The notes under the pieces: generated by a model | Told to the model about the DNA's origin: nothing | Databases searched by the model: none | The model's input: the letters and a program-made list of their open reading frames with translations, nothing else | Part shown: piece after piece, positions 1-10,603 of the stretch | Layout of the letters: each line of letters starts with the position of its first letter | Numbering within the stretch: the stretch's first letter is position 1 | Origin: a virus | Lineage: Duplodnaviria; Caudoviricetes | Virus record (IMG/VR): IMGVR_UViG_2871003000_000003 | Coordinates: 1 to 64,000 of that record | DNA length: 64,000 nucleotides | Reading direction: 5' to 3' (one strand) | Made by a program: the position numbers and the translations under genes

Positions 1-519
1 CTACTTTCCTGTTGAGCCAATACCGCCAGTGCGTTCAGTTGTGATTTCTTCTTCATCTGCAACACCGAATGGAATAAATACAGCCTGGACAATTTTGTCG
101 CCTTCTTCCAATTCAAGCATGTCCTCTCCATTGTTCTTAATACAGATAAAAATATGTCCTTCGTTATCCGCATAGGCATAATCGGCATCTACAACTGGAA
201 CAGTATTGGCGATCATCATTCCTTTCTTAATCCCAAGACTACTACGCGGGAAAATCAGCATTACGTAATCTCTATCCATTTCGCACCTAAGACCAGTTGG
301 AATTGTAATACTTTGATGCGGAGTCATTTTAATATTGAAAGGCGTACTAATATCATGACCGGCACTACATGCTGTGCTTCTCTTTGGAATATTAATATTC
401 TTATATTTTTCTGATAAGTATTCCATTTTGTTTTCAATGTAGACATCTCCTAAAATACCTTTGCAATCTTCTACAAACTGTTCAAAACTCACTTTGCTAA
501 ACTTTGCTACTTTTTTCAT
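1..519 (-). CDS. dut: dUTPase (trimeric)
   Basis: Motifs SAGHD, PRSSLG, VVDADY and C-terminal RTGGIGSTG. Confidence 0.95.
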   Translation of the reverse strand: MKKVAKFSKVSFEQFVEDCKGILGDVYIENKMEYLSEKYKNINIPKRSTACSAGHDISTPFNIKMTPHQSITIPTGLRCEMDRDYVMLIFPRSSLGIKKGMMIANTVPVVDADYAYADNEGHIFICIKNNGEDMLELEEGDKIVQAVFIPFGVADEEEITTERTGGIGSTGK

Positions 520-522
520 AAA

Positions 523-855
523 TTAAATCACTCTCTTTCTAATAATTTTTGCTTTTACCATGTCATCCATAATGTCAGACAGTCTCGTATATACTGTTTT
601 ATAAACATCGTTCTTTTCTTCGTTTGTATATTCTCTGTCGTAAAATGCTGTATACAATGTATCGTTACACACATCCATGACATCATATCCAATATAGTTA
701 TCTAAAGATGAGACAAGAAATTCTGCAGCAATTACTGTCTTTGACTTGTTCTCATATAGAGGAAGAAACAGCTTATAATTTAAGCCGTACTTCCTGAATC
801 CAAAATTGGTTAATTTACTATGCGTACATTGTCTATGTAATTTAAGCTGTTTCAT
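523..855 (-). CDS. hypothetical protein
   Basis: 110 aa ORF with GAGGAG SD, co-oriented with the operon. Confidence 0.7.
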   Translation of the reverse strand: MKQLKLHRQCTHSKLTNFGFRKYGLNYKLFLPLYENKSKTVIAAEFLVSSLDNYIGYDVMDVCNDTLYTAFYDREYTNEEKNDVYKTVYTRLSDIMDDMVKAKIIRKRVI

Positions 856-1024
856 AATTTATTACTCCTCTGACTTGTCTTTATTTTTGAAATCATCGTA
901 TTGTTTGTCAAATCTGCTATAAAATTCGTCTGACCGTTTTGACGTTACACACAACGACATTATTACAACAGAAAAAATTGACCCTAAAAAGAATCCTGCT
1001 ACAATACCAATTAATGCATCCATA

Positions 1025-1300
1025 TCAATACTCCTCGTAAAATGTCTCTTTATTTATTTTCTTTTTATTATTCGCCTCTGCAGCAAGAACTTTATTTAAT
1101 GCTTGTTTACGATCGTGAAACACGACTTCTCCTAAATCAGAATAATTAAATAGATAAGCATGTTTGTCTACTTTGTCGCATCCAACAAAATAATCTTTTC
1201 TTACTGTTCTGATTATAAGTTGGCATACATCAAATATGCCAACCGTAGGAATGATTCTTGCATAATACAGAATATCTTTTACTTTTACTGATTCTCCCAT
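1025..1300 (-). CDS. hypothetical protein
   Basis: 91 aa ORF overlapping the nrdG stop. Confidence 0.65.
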   Translation of the reverse strand: MGESVKVKDILYYARIIPTVGIFDVCQLIIRTVRKDYFVGCDKVDKHAYLFNYSDLGEVVFHDRKQALNKVLAAEANNKKKINKETFYEEY

Positions 1301-1833
1301 AGAATCACACTTCCTTGCTCTAATGTTTTCTTGACATCAATCACTCTCTGGTTTGTACTGCCTGCCCAGTGATATGTAACGTCTCTCTTGTCTTCTTCAT
1401 AGCGCCCATCTACAAGTACATCACACTGTTTTACAATTTCTCGGCGCATTTTCAGGAACTTGTCTCTTTCTGGATTAAAATCATTAGTAACAACTGGATA
1501 CATGATTTGTTCCCATGTGTATCCGGAATACAGCCAGATTGTTTTTTCTGGATATGAAAGACGAATTTCATTAACCAAATCCAGAACGGATTCAAGATTT
1601 TTTTGATGAAGTGGATCGCCACCAGTCAAAGTAATTCCAGAAATATAATCTTTTGATAGTTCATTGAATATTTCATTTTTAGCTTTTATATCAAATTTAG
1701 CTCCATCATTCGGATCCCAAGTAATAGGATTCTGACAATTTTTACAATGGTGATCACAGCCAGAACACCATAAACAAACCCTTAATCCTGTTCCGTTCAT
1801 CATGTCATCGTGAGTTATATCATGATATTTCAA
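1285..1833 (-). CDS. nrdG: anaerobic ribonucleotide reductase activase (radical SAM)
   Basis: NGTGLRV, CxxxCxxC (CDHHCKNC), GGDPL, GSTNQR; adjacent to nrdD; TTG start. Confidence 0.95.
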   Translation of the reverse strand: MKYHDITHDDMMNGTGLRVCLWCSGCDHHCKNCQNPITWDPNDGAKFDIKAKNEIFNELSKDYISGITLTGGDPLHQKNLESVLDLVNEIRLSYPEKTIWLYSGYTWEQIMYPVVTNDFNPERDKFLKMRREIVKQCDVLVDGRYEEDKRDVTYHWAGSTNQRVIDVKKTLEQGSVILWENQ

Positions 1834-1854
1834 ATTAAATTACCACCCTTTCTT

Positions 1855-1884
1855 TTGTGGGTTATCATTTGAGACAACCCACAA
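1855..1884. terminator. hairpin between nrdD and nrdG
   Basis: Inverted repeat TTGTGGGTT...AACCCACAA; no clear U-tract on the minus strand. Confidence 0.4.
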
Positions 1885-1891
1885 TATTGTT

Positions 1892-2851
1892 TTACATACT
1901 CTTTCTGTCTGCAATTTCAGCCATCTTTGCGTCATTCAATCTTGTATCCCCATGAACTCTTGAATACGACAGATATCCATTCATTCTTTCAATCTTTGTC
2001 AAATCGTTACTTCCACAATTCGGACAAATATCCATATTTAATTCTTCATGCCCGCAATTATTGCAGTACGCAAGTGATAAATTTACACCTTCATAAAACC
2101 CCATTGACATTGCCCGTCTTACAAGTGTCTTAATCGCTTCAATATTATATCCAATCGGGTACTTACAGTACTGAATACGTCCACCTTCGATATAATTCCA
2201 AAATCTATGTTCTAAGTCCTGTTTCTGAATTGGCGTAATATCCTCCCAAACACCACAATGAAAACTGTTGCTTACATATTCTCTATCTGATACACCAGGA
2301 ATGATTCCATATTTTTTACGAAACTGTTTTACCTGAAGTCCACATAAATTTTCTGCTGGAGTACCATAAATTGCATACAGCCAGCCATCTTCTTTTTTAT
2401 ACTCTTTTACTTTCATATCAATATATTTCAATGTTTCAACTGCAAATTCACCATCCTCAACAAGAGATTTACCATTGTATAACTGCTGTAGTTCATTTAA
2501 TGCTGTAATGCCAAATGACGCAGTCATAGGTTTTAATAATGGTTTAATCTTATCTGTTGGATTCAAATGTCCACCCAGAAATCCGCCCTCACAATATCCA
2601 AGCGGATTAGTTGACGCTTTCATCTCACCCAGATAATCATACGTTCTCTGATGTAATTTACGAATCATTTCAAGATAATAATCAAGAACTTCATGAAAAT
2701 CTTTATTTTCTTGTCTTGCCTTTGCAAGAATCATCGGGAGATGTAATGATACTGCACCGATATTGAACCTTGAAACAAAAATCGGTTCATCATTTTCATC
2801 CGCCGGCTCCATTCCCCCTCGTTCATACCAAGGAGAAAGAAATGCTCTACA
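1892..2851 (-). CDS. nrdD: class III ribonucleotide reductase, exon 2
   Basis: Starts at CRAFL (completes the MGCR motif); TPAENL, CxxC-CxxC Zn site, glycyl-radical motif RMNGYL. Confidence 0.93.
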   Translation of the reverse strand, partial: CRAFLSPWYERGGMEPADENDEPIFVSRFNIGAVSLHLPMILAKARQENKDFHEVLDYYLEMIRKLHQRTYDYLGEMKASTNPLGYCEGGFLGGHLNPTDKIKPLLKPMTASFGITALNELQQLYNGKSLVEDGEFAVETLKYIDMKVKEYKKEDGWLYAIYGTPAENLCGLQVKQFRKKYGIIPGVSDREYVSNSFHCGVWEDITPIQKQDLEHRFWNYIEGGRIQYCKYPIGYNIEAIKTLVRRAMSMGFYEGVNLSLAYCNNCGHEELNMDICPNCGSNDLTKIERMNGYLSYSRVHGDTRLNDAKMAEIADRKSM

Positions 2852-3126
2852 CATATTCATCAATTGTCACCAATTGTACTGACTAGCTTTTCCCTCTGAG
2901 ATGTCCTAATTCTCGTCATCAGGCGGTATCTTTGGAAACAGTGCTTATCTCTGTTTCTACGACGCTACACTCATCACGTCTAGTCGATTGACCTTGTATA
3001 AAAGGCACAGCTTCATCTATAGTACAAACGATCTCTCTCCTATAGACCTATCTGTTAGCAATTCAAACGAATCACACCCACTAAGCAAGTGGTTTAATAC
3101 CGTTTTACATGGGCTGATTTGCACTT
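2852..3126 (-). ncRNA. group I intron (275 nt, no ORF) in nrdD
   Basis: Exon 1 ends in U (ATGGGT), intron ends in G; IGS GCCCAT pairs with ATGGGT giving U-G at the splice site; P3 CGGTAT/ATACCG; P7 GACTA/TAGTC; P9 CAATTG-GTGA-CAATTG; removal restores SPMG|CRAF in frame. Confidence 0.9.
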
Positions 3127-5220
3127 ACCCATAGGACTAATAACTTTTCCGTATTTATGGTACATTTTAGACACTGTTGTATCTCCATCTAAACTTAACC
3201 AGTCTGGATACATTGTTTTTGCAGAAGTTTTAATTCCTTCTTCAAACAAGTCTTCGTTTACTTTACCTTTTCCGTGTAGCTCTTCTGTATAAAGAAATAC
3301 AAGTTTTGGGAACAATACAGGCTTTTTATTTCCGTCTTTTCCTTGTCCTTCTCTATGTACTCTAAGAAATGTTTTTGAAGCCATTTTAGCAAAAGAATCT
3401 GTTCCCAGACCAAATGTAATGGTGATGAAGGGATAGTCCCCTCTGCTGGATGAGACAGTATTAAATTTGTATTCGAGTCCTTGATAACCTTGTGCCATAT
3501 CACGTTCTACTTTTCTCATAGCGTAGTCATGAGCTTTCTGTTCAAAATCTGAATGTCTATAATCCAGTAAGTTATCTGCAATATCATAAAATTCACGTTT
3601 GTATTTTTCATAACTCTTTTCAGCATATGGCACTAACACTTCGTCAATCTGTGGAAGTGTAAAACCACCATATTCCTGACTCGCAGCGCTTAATGTAATA
3701 TCACCAATCACATCAAATGCTGTGTCTAATGTTTTTGGCTCGTTATACCACACATTACCCATTTCGAATCCACCACGCATTACTTCTGCGACATTAAACA
3801 AGCAACAGTTCCCTGTTGGAATTCCTCCTTCCAAAATAAAACTATGATCATCTTCTACTTCAAGACACCAAACCTCTGCTTTTGGATTAAGACAGTCTGG
3901 AACGATATTTTTTACCTTCCATGTTCTATCTGCCTGATTTGAATTGATTTGATAGTTTATTGTTGTTTTTTTTCTAACACCATAATTTGTTACTTCTCCA
4001 GTTTTGTTTTTTGTTGATGTAACATAATATCCAGCAATGTTTAATAAGTCATATATTTCGTTATTTAAATCTCCGGTCACCTGAACGCTTCTAAATTTTA
4101 TATTTTCACAATTTGTTAAAGCGCCATCAGCCGATAAAAATCCATCAATATAATATTTAATATTTTCACAATTTAACATCAACCATGGTATTTTTTTCTC
4201 ATGAATGTTCACCATTCTGACAATCCCATCACCATATAAACTCTGCGGATATGTTACAGAATATCCAACATCTGAGAATCTATTTGCAAATTCATTTTTA
4301 TGTCCACATAATCTTACATGCATTGTTGGTATTTTGTTATCTTCTACAATAGCCCCATCCCCCATAGAAAATCCAAGACACCATAACAATTTTTCAGTTT
4401 TGTTTAGTTCATCCCATGAATAATTTGTTATATCTGGAGCTGCGATTAATTTATCTCCAATTTTTAGATCTGTTGTCTCACTGCCGTCTTTCAAAATCCA
4501 TCTATGGTTTGCAGTGCAAAATACATCTTTTGTTTTGCTCGAACCTCTTTTAAAAGTTACTTTATTTATATTTTGCCATCCATACGACTTAACTATTGCA
4601 TTTTTCCATCTGCCTTTATGAGTTAAAACTTTTACATTGTCACCGTCTTTAAAATCATAAAAAGATTTAACTCCAAGTTCGGTAATGAAACGTGTGTCTC
4701 TTCTAAAGCAGTTCATCGTATCCCTTCTAGCTGACATGTCATGAATATAAATATATCCATCATTGATAGCCTGCCTTTCTTCTACTGTCAGGAAGAATTT
4801 CTTATACAACTGCTTGTTCAATTCATTAAATACAAGACTTCGCTTTGTAGATACGAGAGCACTATCAGTGTTACTGTTTTCCTTATCCCCGATGTACATA
4901 ATTTTCTGACTCTCTTCGTATACCGTATCCATCATATGTACAAAATCAAGTTTATAATTACGATATTGCTGATACTGATATCCTACTTTTGGAAACAAAT
5001 CAAGAAGTGTTTTTTCTACAATATTATGAATAAAACCTACAGGAACTTCGTCATTCTCAAAGTCTTCTTCATCAACCTCGTTAAGAACTCTGTTGCAGAT
5101 CATTCCATATTCATCTTGTGAAAATGTAAAATTTTCTCTCTGTGCAGATTTATCAATAGCATTAATAATTTTCTGTTCGTTATACTCTTCTAATGTTCCA
5201 TCCTTCTTAATTACTTTCAT
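3127..5220 (-). CDS. nrdD: class III ribonucleotide reductase, exon 1 (ATP cone; contains intein)
   Basis: N-terminal VIKKDG ATP cone, YIHD, QEYGG, FPKL, YPD; ends ISPMG. Confidence 0.93.
3808..4710 (-). mobile_element. intein with LAGLIDADG endonuclease, 301 aa
   Basis: Begins CFRRDT; block B TANHRW; LGFSMGDG and IDGFLSADG; ends VWCLEVEDDHSFILEGGIPTGN followed by +1 Cys; excision restores TMN|CCL. Confidence 0.92.
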
Positions 5221-5238
5221 CAAACACATCATCCTTTC

Positions 5239-5722
5239 TTACTTCTGAGAACTATCTTTTGCTGTCTTCGTTGTAGTTCTAGTTCTTTTGGTTTTCTGTT
5301 CCGTTGCATTATTCTCTTCTTTCGGTTTGTTTTCTTCCAAATCTTCATCATCAGAATCAGACCATTCATCATGACTTTTGTTACTTCTAAACTCTTCCAT
5401 AGTCACATCTGTACCTTTGAATGCACGAATACATTTTGCAACACCTTCAAACAGCGCCCAGATTGGGATCCACATTGTTGTACCGATTGCGAAAATCACT
5501 GTACCCAGTTGATTAAAATCCATGTTCGTCTCACCTCCTAACAAAACCACTACCACCATCTCTCACGTTTAAACATAAATGAGAGGTGTCATCAATATTT
5601 CCATGTGTTTTCGTGTGTCCAATACTATCAATTACATATTCTTCTTCTCCTAATCTAACTGTGATGAAATCGTCAGGATACATCCCTAACTCTCTCATCA
5701 ACATCCCACTTGTTCTAATCAA
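5239..5722 (-). CDS. two small hypothetical proteins (5239-5559 with TM segment; 5531-5722)
   Basis: Packed co-oriented ORFs. Confidence 0.6.
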
Positions 5723-5727
5723 TTTAT

Positions 5728-6282
5728 TTATTCTCCCTCTCTCGTTTTTAAATATTCAAATATTTCATCTACTAAATCATCGATATTTTTACCGTCGTTG
5801 TTATAAAAGATTCTATCTGCTAATTCTTCCGCACCTTTAAAATCTTTATTGTCATGTAAAATCCTACGATCAGCTTCTTCTTTTTTATCTCCACGTTTGG
5901 ATAATCTGTTTCGAATTGTCTTATTATTTGCGTATATATAAATAGAAATGTGTTCATCTAACTCATCTTTGATATCTCTATAACCATCCGGAGTTAGAAT
6001 CACGATTGATTTGTTATCAGATCTGGATATTTCATCGAGAGGAGAACCATAATACCACGTTCCGTCTACTGTGTCATATTTCTTCCACTCTGCAAAATAT
6101 CTTGTATTAATAAGCTCTTTAAATTCATCATCGGTAATAAAGTTGTAATCAATTCCGTCAACTTCACCTTTTCTTGCCGGTCGTGTTGTAGTCGTTACAA
6201 TCTTTTTATATCCTCTTTTCACAAGCTCATTCACAATTCTGCTTTTCCCACTTGCTGTTTTCCCAAAAATAATAATCGCCAT
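5728..6282 (-). CDS. gmk: guanylate kinase
   Basis: GKTASGKS P-loop; TTRPARKGEVDGIDYNF signature. Confidence 0.92.
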   Translation of the reverse strand: MAIIIFGKTASGKSRIVNELVKRGYKKIVTTTTRPARKGEVDGIDYNFITDDEFKELINTRYFAEWKKYDTVDGTWYYGSPLDEISRSDNKSIVILTPDGYRDIKDELDEHISIYIYANNKTIRNRLSKRGDKKEEADRRILHDNKDFKGAEELADRIFYNNDGKNIDDLVDEIFEYLKTREGE

Positions 6283-6482
6283 TATTCAGACTTCACCTCT
6301 GTTTCTTCTGCAATAATTGGTGTTTTATTAATAAACAATACTCGTCCATTATCGTCTACGCACATTGCTTTATATAATGTAACTTTGCATTGGTGCTGTT
6401 CTGCATCAACATATCTTTCACATGCATCTTTTACAGGACAATCATTTTCTTCATGTTTACAATAATAAATCATATCTGACAT
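6282..6482 (-). CDS. small Cys-rich hypothetical protein
   Basis: 66 aa, translationally coupled on both sides. Confidence 0.6.
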   Translation of the reverse strand: MSDMIYYCKHEENDCPVKDACERYVDAEQHQCKVTLYKAMCVDDNGRVLFINKTPIIAEETEVKSE

Positions 6483-7105
6483 TATTCATTTGTTCCTTTT
6501 CTGATATTCATTTTATCACAGATTTGACTCTCAAATCCTTTAATATATTCCATTAGTTCCTCTTCAAAAGCATCTGTTTTGTTATATCCGCATGAAAACA
6601 TTTCCGGACACATTCCGTTTCTGTACACACATTCTCTAACCATTCTGCTTGCTGCTTCTGGTTCAAGTTTAACAATTTCATCTCTAATCATTCCAAACGC
6701 TTTTCTTGTTTCATAGCTTGCACAATTACACAACCTCTTTCGTGCTACATTGATTAATGCCTGAAAATTAAAGTAATATGTTGCACTCTGCAGTGTATTT
6801 CTGTTTGGTGCTTCATCATAATCATTTCTGTCATTTCTAAGACTTGAAACAAACGGAACAACACCATTAGAATGACGTACCAAATGTCCATGTACAAATT
6901 GTGGTGCATTATAAATCTTTAAAATTACAAATCCAAGTCTGATTGGAGAATGCTCTGCCATAAGAAGTCTCAGTTTCCAATCATGATCTGGATAAGAACC
7001 TTTATCCTTTCCAATTGTAGTCATTGTTGCATCTTTAATCTGCTGCCACATATCTTCAGCCCATTTGATTTCTACTCGCATTTTTGTTAAATCTGGTTTA
7101 TTCAT
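6482..7105 (-). CDS. thyX: flavin-dependent thymidylate synthase-like protein
   Basis: EHSPIR, HLVRH...S, RKRLCNCA, CVYRNGMCPE; nucleotide metabolism context. Confidence 0.7.
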   Translation of the reverse strand: MNKPDLTKMRVEIKWAEDMWQQIKDATMTTIGKDKGSYPDHDWKLRLLMAEHSPIRLGFVILKIYNAPQFVHGHLVRHSNGVVPFVSSLRNDRNDYDEAPNRNTLQSATYYFNFQALINVARKRLCNCASYETRKAFGMIRDEIVKLEPEAASRMVRECVYRNGMCPEMFSCGYNKTDAFEEELMEYIKGFESQICDKMNIRKGTNE

Positions 7106-7106
7106 G

Positions 7107-7346
7107 CTAGTCCTCCAAAGCCCACAGTTTCATATCTTCTTTGAATTTATTTTTTACATACTCATCTTCCGAGTGGAGCACAACTGTGCATTCTCTTTCG
7201 AGTCCAATTCCCATAATCCCAAGAATTGATTTAGCATCAATCTGATATCTCCCACAAATATAATCAATATCTTCTTCATAATTGTCACAAACCGTTGCAA
7301 ATAGCATTGCATTTTTTACAGTATTTAATTTAATTCTGATTTCCAT
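7107..7346 (-). CDS. HPr-family protein
   Basis: IDAKSILGI (Ser46 motif), 79 aa; no His15 equivalent. Confidence 0.8.
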   Translation of the reverse strand: MEIRIKLNTVKNAMLFATVCDNYEEDIDYICGRYQIDAKSILGIMGIGLERECTVVLHSEDEYVKNKFKEDMKLWALED

Positions 7347-7393
7347 AATTTTAGTTCCTTCCTATTATAACGTTGTTTCGGTATGCAGAATAA

Positions 7394-9346
7394 CTACATA
7401 CCCAACATCTCAATTAATTGTTCTTCATTAATAATCTGAACACCCAGTTCTTTTGCTTTTTTATTTTTACTGCTATTGGATTCTATATCGTTATTGATTA
7501 AAGCAAATGTGGATTTTGTTACAGAACCTGTTACTTTCCCACCGAATTTTTCAATAGCTTCTTTTACTTCATCACGATTTTTGAATTTATATACTTTTCC
7601 GGTAACAACAAATGATTTGCCATTCAAAGAATTGTTTGTTTTAGAATTGTCTTCTGATTCAAACGTCATAAGAGAAGCAAGATAATCTGCAATATTACTC
7701 ATATCTTCAAACCAAGAATGAATATTGTTATTTAATACATCTCCAAAACCGTCAAGCTGCGTAAAGTCATAATAACCAACGCTTGCATCTCTAAACTTGT
7801 CCCATGTACCAAAAGCTTTAACCAACTCTTTTGACTGTGATGTTCCAATCCCAGGAACACTTAATGATGCAATAAATTTATCCAATCTTACGGTTTTACT
7901 ATTTTCAATTGATGTTCTTAACTTGTCTACTGATTTCTTTCCAAATCCAGACATTGTAGATAACCTATCATAATACTGGTCAAGATTGTAGATGTCTGTA
8001 ATCTCTGTAATCCATCCAAGTTCAATGAGTTTCTTAATTGTTTCTTCTGACAAACCTGAGATATCCATACCTTTCTTGGAAACAAAATGAGAAACTCTTC
8101 CTAGTAGCTTGCCTTTACAATGAGGATTAACACACATTAAAACTTCTGAATCGTTTTCTTTTACAATCCGAGTCTCTCCGCCACATACAGGACATGTTGT
8201 AGGAATATCTGCATCCATAGCATTTGCATCGCAGGAAATAATCTGTGGAATAATTTCATTCTTCTTTACAACTGTTACTGTTGATCCGATAGAAATATTC
8301 AATTCTTTCATAATACTAATGTTGTGCAATGAAGCTCTACTCACTGATGTTCCTGCCAAATCAACTGAATCAAAAATTGCTACTGGCGTAAGAGTTCCTG
8401 TCTTGCCCATACTCCATTCGATTTCTCTCAATACAGTTTCTTCTGAGTCCTCTGCGAATTTAAATGCAATAGAATGTTTGGGATGATGACCTGTCATTCC
8501 AAGTGACTCTCCGTATGTAATATCATTGTACGTTGCCACTAAGCCATCAATCGGAAAGCTCTTTTCCTTTGCACGTTTTCGTAATTGTTCTACCACAATA
8601 TTAATAAATTCAGCATTGCAATTTCCACGAATAGGTAAAAATGGAACAGTGTCAAATCCTATATCTAAAGCATACTGCAATCTATTGATAAAACTACTTG
8701 ACGCAATATCTGTTGGCACTTTCCACGCGATAAATTTAATATGGCGTTGTGCTGCAATTTTACTGTCTAATTGTCGTACAGATCCAGAAGCTAAATTTCT
8801 CGGATTCTTATATTTTTTATCGTCTGGCAATGACTTATTGATTTTGTCAAAGTCTTCATATGTAATAATCGCCTCTCCTTCGATTTCAAAATGACCTTTA
8901 TAATCAATCGATAACGGAATATTTTCAAACACTTTTGCATTATGTGTAATCAATTCGCCGATCTCACCGTCACCACGAGTTTCTGCCTGAACCAACTCTC
9001 CATTTTCATATGTAAGAAGACATGTCAATCCATCCATTTTCAGACTTAAAATACAGTCTTTATCTCCAGCAAATTTTACTAAATCATCTACAGATTTTGT
9101 TTTATCCAGTGATAGCATTGGATGGGAATGTTTAACCTTTTCTAGTTCAGATTTCACCTCATACCCAACGGACTGTGTTGGCGAATTCGTATACACAACA
9201 CCAGTTTCATTTTCAAGCTCCGATAATTCATCGAATAATCTATCGTATTCTGCATCAGAAACATCAGATCTTGCTTCATTATAGTAAGCATCTCTATATT
9301 CGTTTAGCTGCTCTACAAGCTCTTTAATTCTTTTGACCTTATCCAT
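7394..9346 (-). CDS. ligA: NAD-dependent DNA ligase
   Basis: SDAEYD, HPMLSL, KMDG, TRGDG, NPRN, Zn finger, HhH, BRCT; start placed at the SD-supported ATG at 9346. Confidence 0.97.
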   Translation of the reverse strand: MDKVKRIKELVEQLNEYRDAYYNEARSDVSDAEYDRLFDELSELENETGVVYTNSPTQSVGYEVKSELEKVKHSHPMLSLDKTKSVDDLVKFAGDKDCILSLKMDGLTCLLTYENGELVQAETRGDGEIGELITHNAKVFENIPLSIDYKGHFEIEGEAIITYEDFDKINKSLPDDKKYKNPRNLASGSVRQLDSKIAAQRHIKFIAWKVPTDIASSSFINRLQYALDIGFDTVPFLPIRGNCNAEFINIVVEQLRKRAKEKSFPIDGLVATYNDITYGESLGMTGHHPKHSIAFKFAEDSEETVLREIEWSMGKTGTLTPVAIFDSVDLAGTSVSRASLHNISIMKELNISIGSTVTVVKKNEIIPQIISCDANAMDADIPTTCPVCGGETRIVKENDSEVLMCVNPHCKGKLLGRVSHFVSKKGMDISGLSEETIKKLIELGWITEITDIYNLDQYYDRLSTMSGFGKKSVDKLRTSIENSKTVRLDKFIASLSVPGIGTSQSKELVKAFGTWDKFRDASVGYYDFTQLDGFGDVLNNNIHSWFEDMSNIADYLASLMTFESEDNSKTNNSLNGKSFVVTGKVYKFKNRDEVKEAIEKFGGKVTGSVTKSTFALINNDIESNSSKNKKAKELGVQIINEEQLIEMLGM

Positions 9347-9350
9347 CAAA

Positions 9351-9629
9351 TCACTCCTTTGCATTTTTTCTTCGTTCATAATCATCCAACATGAAGTTTA
9401 ATTTTGGACAAAACCCTCTATCTTCTAATGTTTGAATCACGTCATCAACTTCGTATTCTGAATTTGAAGAAATAGTTTCTTCATATACAACATCAGATTT
9501 TCGTTCTCCACAAACTGCACACTCGGATACGGAAACAGCCATAACATGTTTGCACTCATAATCCATGACGATTGTGTAATATTTTCCGACTTCTTTATAT
9601 TCGTGATTACATTTAAAAAATTTAAACAT
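9351..9629 (-). CDS. hypothetical Zn-binding protein
   Basis: CxH...CxxC pattern. Confidence 0.6.
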   Translation of the reverse strand: MFKFFKCNHEYKEVGKYYTIVMDYECKHVMAVSVSECAVCGERKSDVVYEETISSNSEYEVDDVIQTLEDRGFCPKLNFMLDDYERRKNAKE

Positions 9630-9633
9630 TCAA

Positions 9634-10464
9634 TCATCCTTTCATTTTCTGAATTTTATATGCGTCTACAACATTTTGCATTAATGCCAATCTTGTAAGA
9701 AGACCAACACCACCTGGTACCGGCGTAACATATGTATTATTTAGATATCTCTCAAAATCAACATTGTTTACATCACCACATAATTTTCCATTCTCATCTC
9801 GATTAATTCCAACATCTACAATAAGCTCACAAAAATCTGAAAAGTCTGAAAAATCAAAATAGTTTGGAACTCCAACTGCAGAAAAGGCATAATCTACATT
9901 TCTAGTGTAGTATTCTGTGCTCATAGTCGTACTATTGCAGCATGTAACAGTTGCACCTTTTTCGATCAACATATTAGTCAACGGAAGTCCAACAATTTTA
10001 CTTCTGCCTAATACACAGCAGTCTTTGCCTTTAAATTCAAAGTCATTGTATTCCATCCAATCGATAATTCCTTTTGGCGTACATGGTTTGAAACAACTAT
10101 CTCTTCTAAATCCATCCACATCTTTTTCTGTTGGAATCAGATTCTGTAATCTTTCCAAATTATATTTACCTGGAATTGGAAGTTGAATAATAATTCCATC
10201 TGTATCAGAATTTGCAATATCTTTTATAATACATTCGACTTCCTTCTGTTCTGCCGCATTGGAATAAATATTTACATGACGCATTTCCATTCCGATTTCA
10301 TCGCAATCTTTTTGCTTTCCTTTAATATAGGAATTTGAAGCCTTATCATCATCAATCTGAATTACGACAAGGACTGGTTTTTTATAAAGATGTTTGATCT
10401 CTTCTTTTAGTTCCTTCTTTTTAATGTCTACATAGTCTTTGCAAGATACAATTTCAGTTCTCAT
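9634..10464 (-). CDS. folD: methylene-THF dehydrogenase/cyclohydrolase
   Basis: YxxxK, IIQLP, KDVDG, PCTP, GRSKIVG, DVGIN, TPVPGGVG. Confidence 0.95.
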   Translation of the reverse strand: MRTEIVSCKDYVDIKKKELKEEIKHLYKKPVLVVIQIDDDKASNSYIKGKQKDCDEIGMEMRHVNIYSNAAEQKEVECIIKDIANSDTDGIIIQLPIPGKYNLERLQNLIPTEKDVDGFRRDSCFKPCTPKGIIDWMEYNDFEFKGKDCCVLGRSKIVGLPLTNMLIEKGATVTCCNSTTMSTEYYTRNVDYAFSAVGVPNYFDFSDFSDFCELIVDVGINRDENGKLCGDVNNVDFERYLNNTYVTPVPGGVGLLTRLALMQNVVDAYKIQKMKG

Positions 10465-10603
10465 TTTCTATTTCTCCATTTCCTAATCTTCTTTTCGAAC
10501 CTTTCTGCTTGTATAAAATTAGATAACATAACTAGATAAGTAATGATGTACAAACTACAAAATAAGATCAAAAACCAAAATATAATTTCAATTTTGTTCA
10601 TCC

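Noticed and set aside
1892-2863. Independent second nrdD gene starting MMNM
   Set aside because: Better explained as exon 2 after a group I intron
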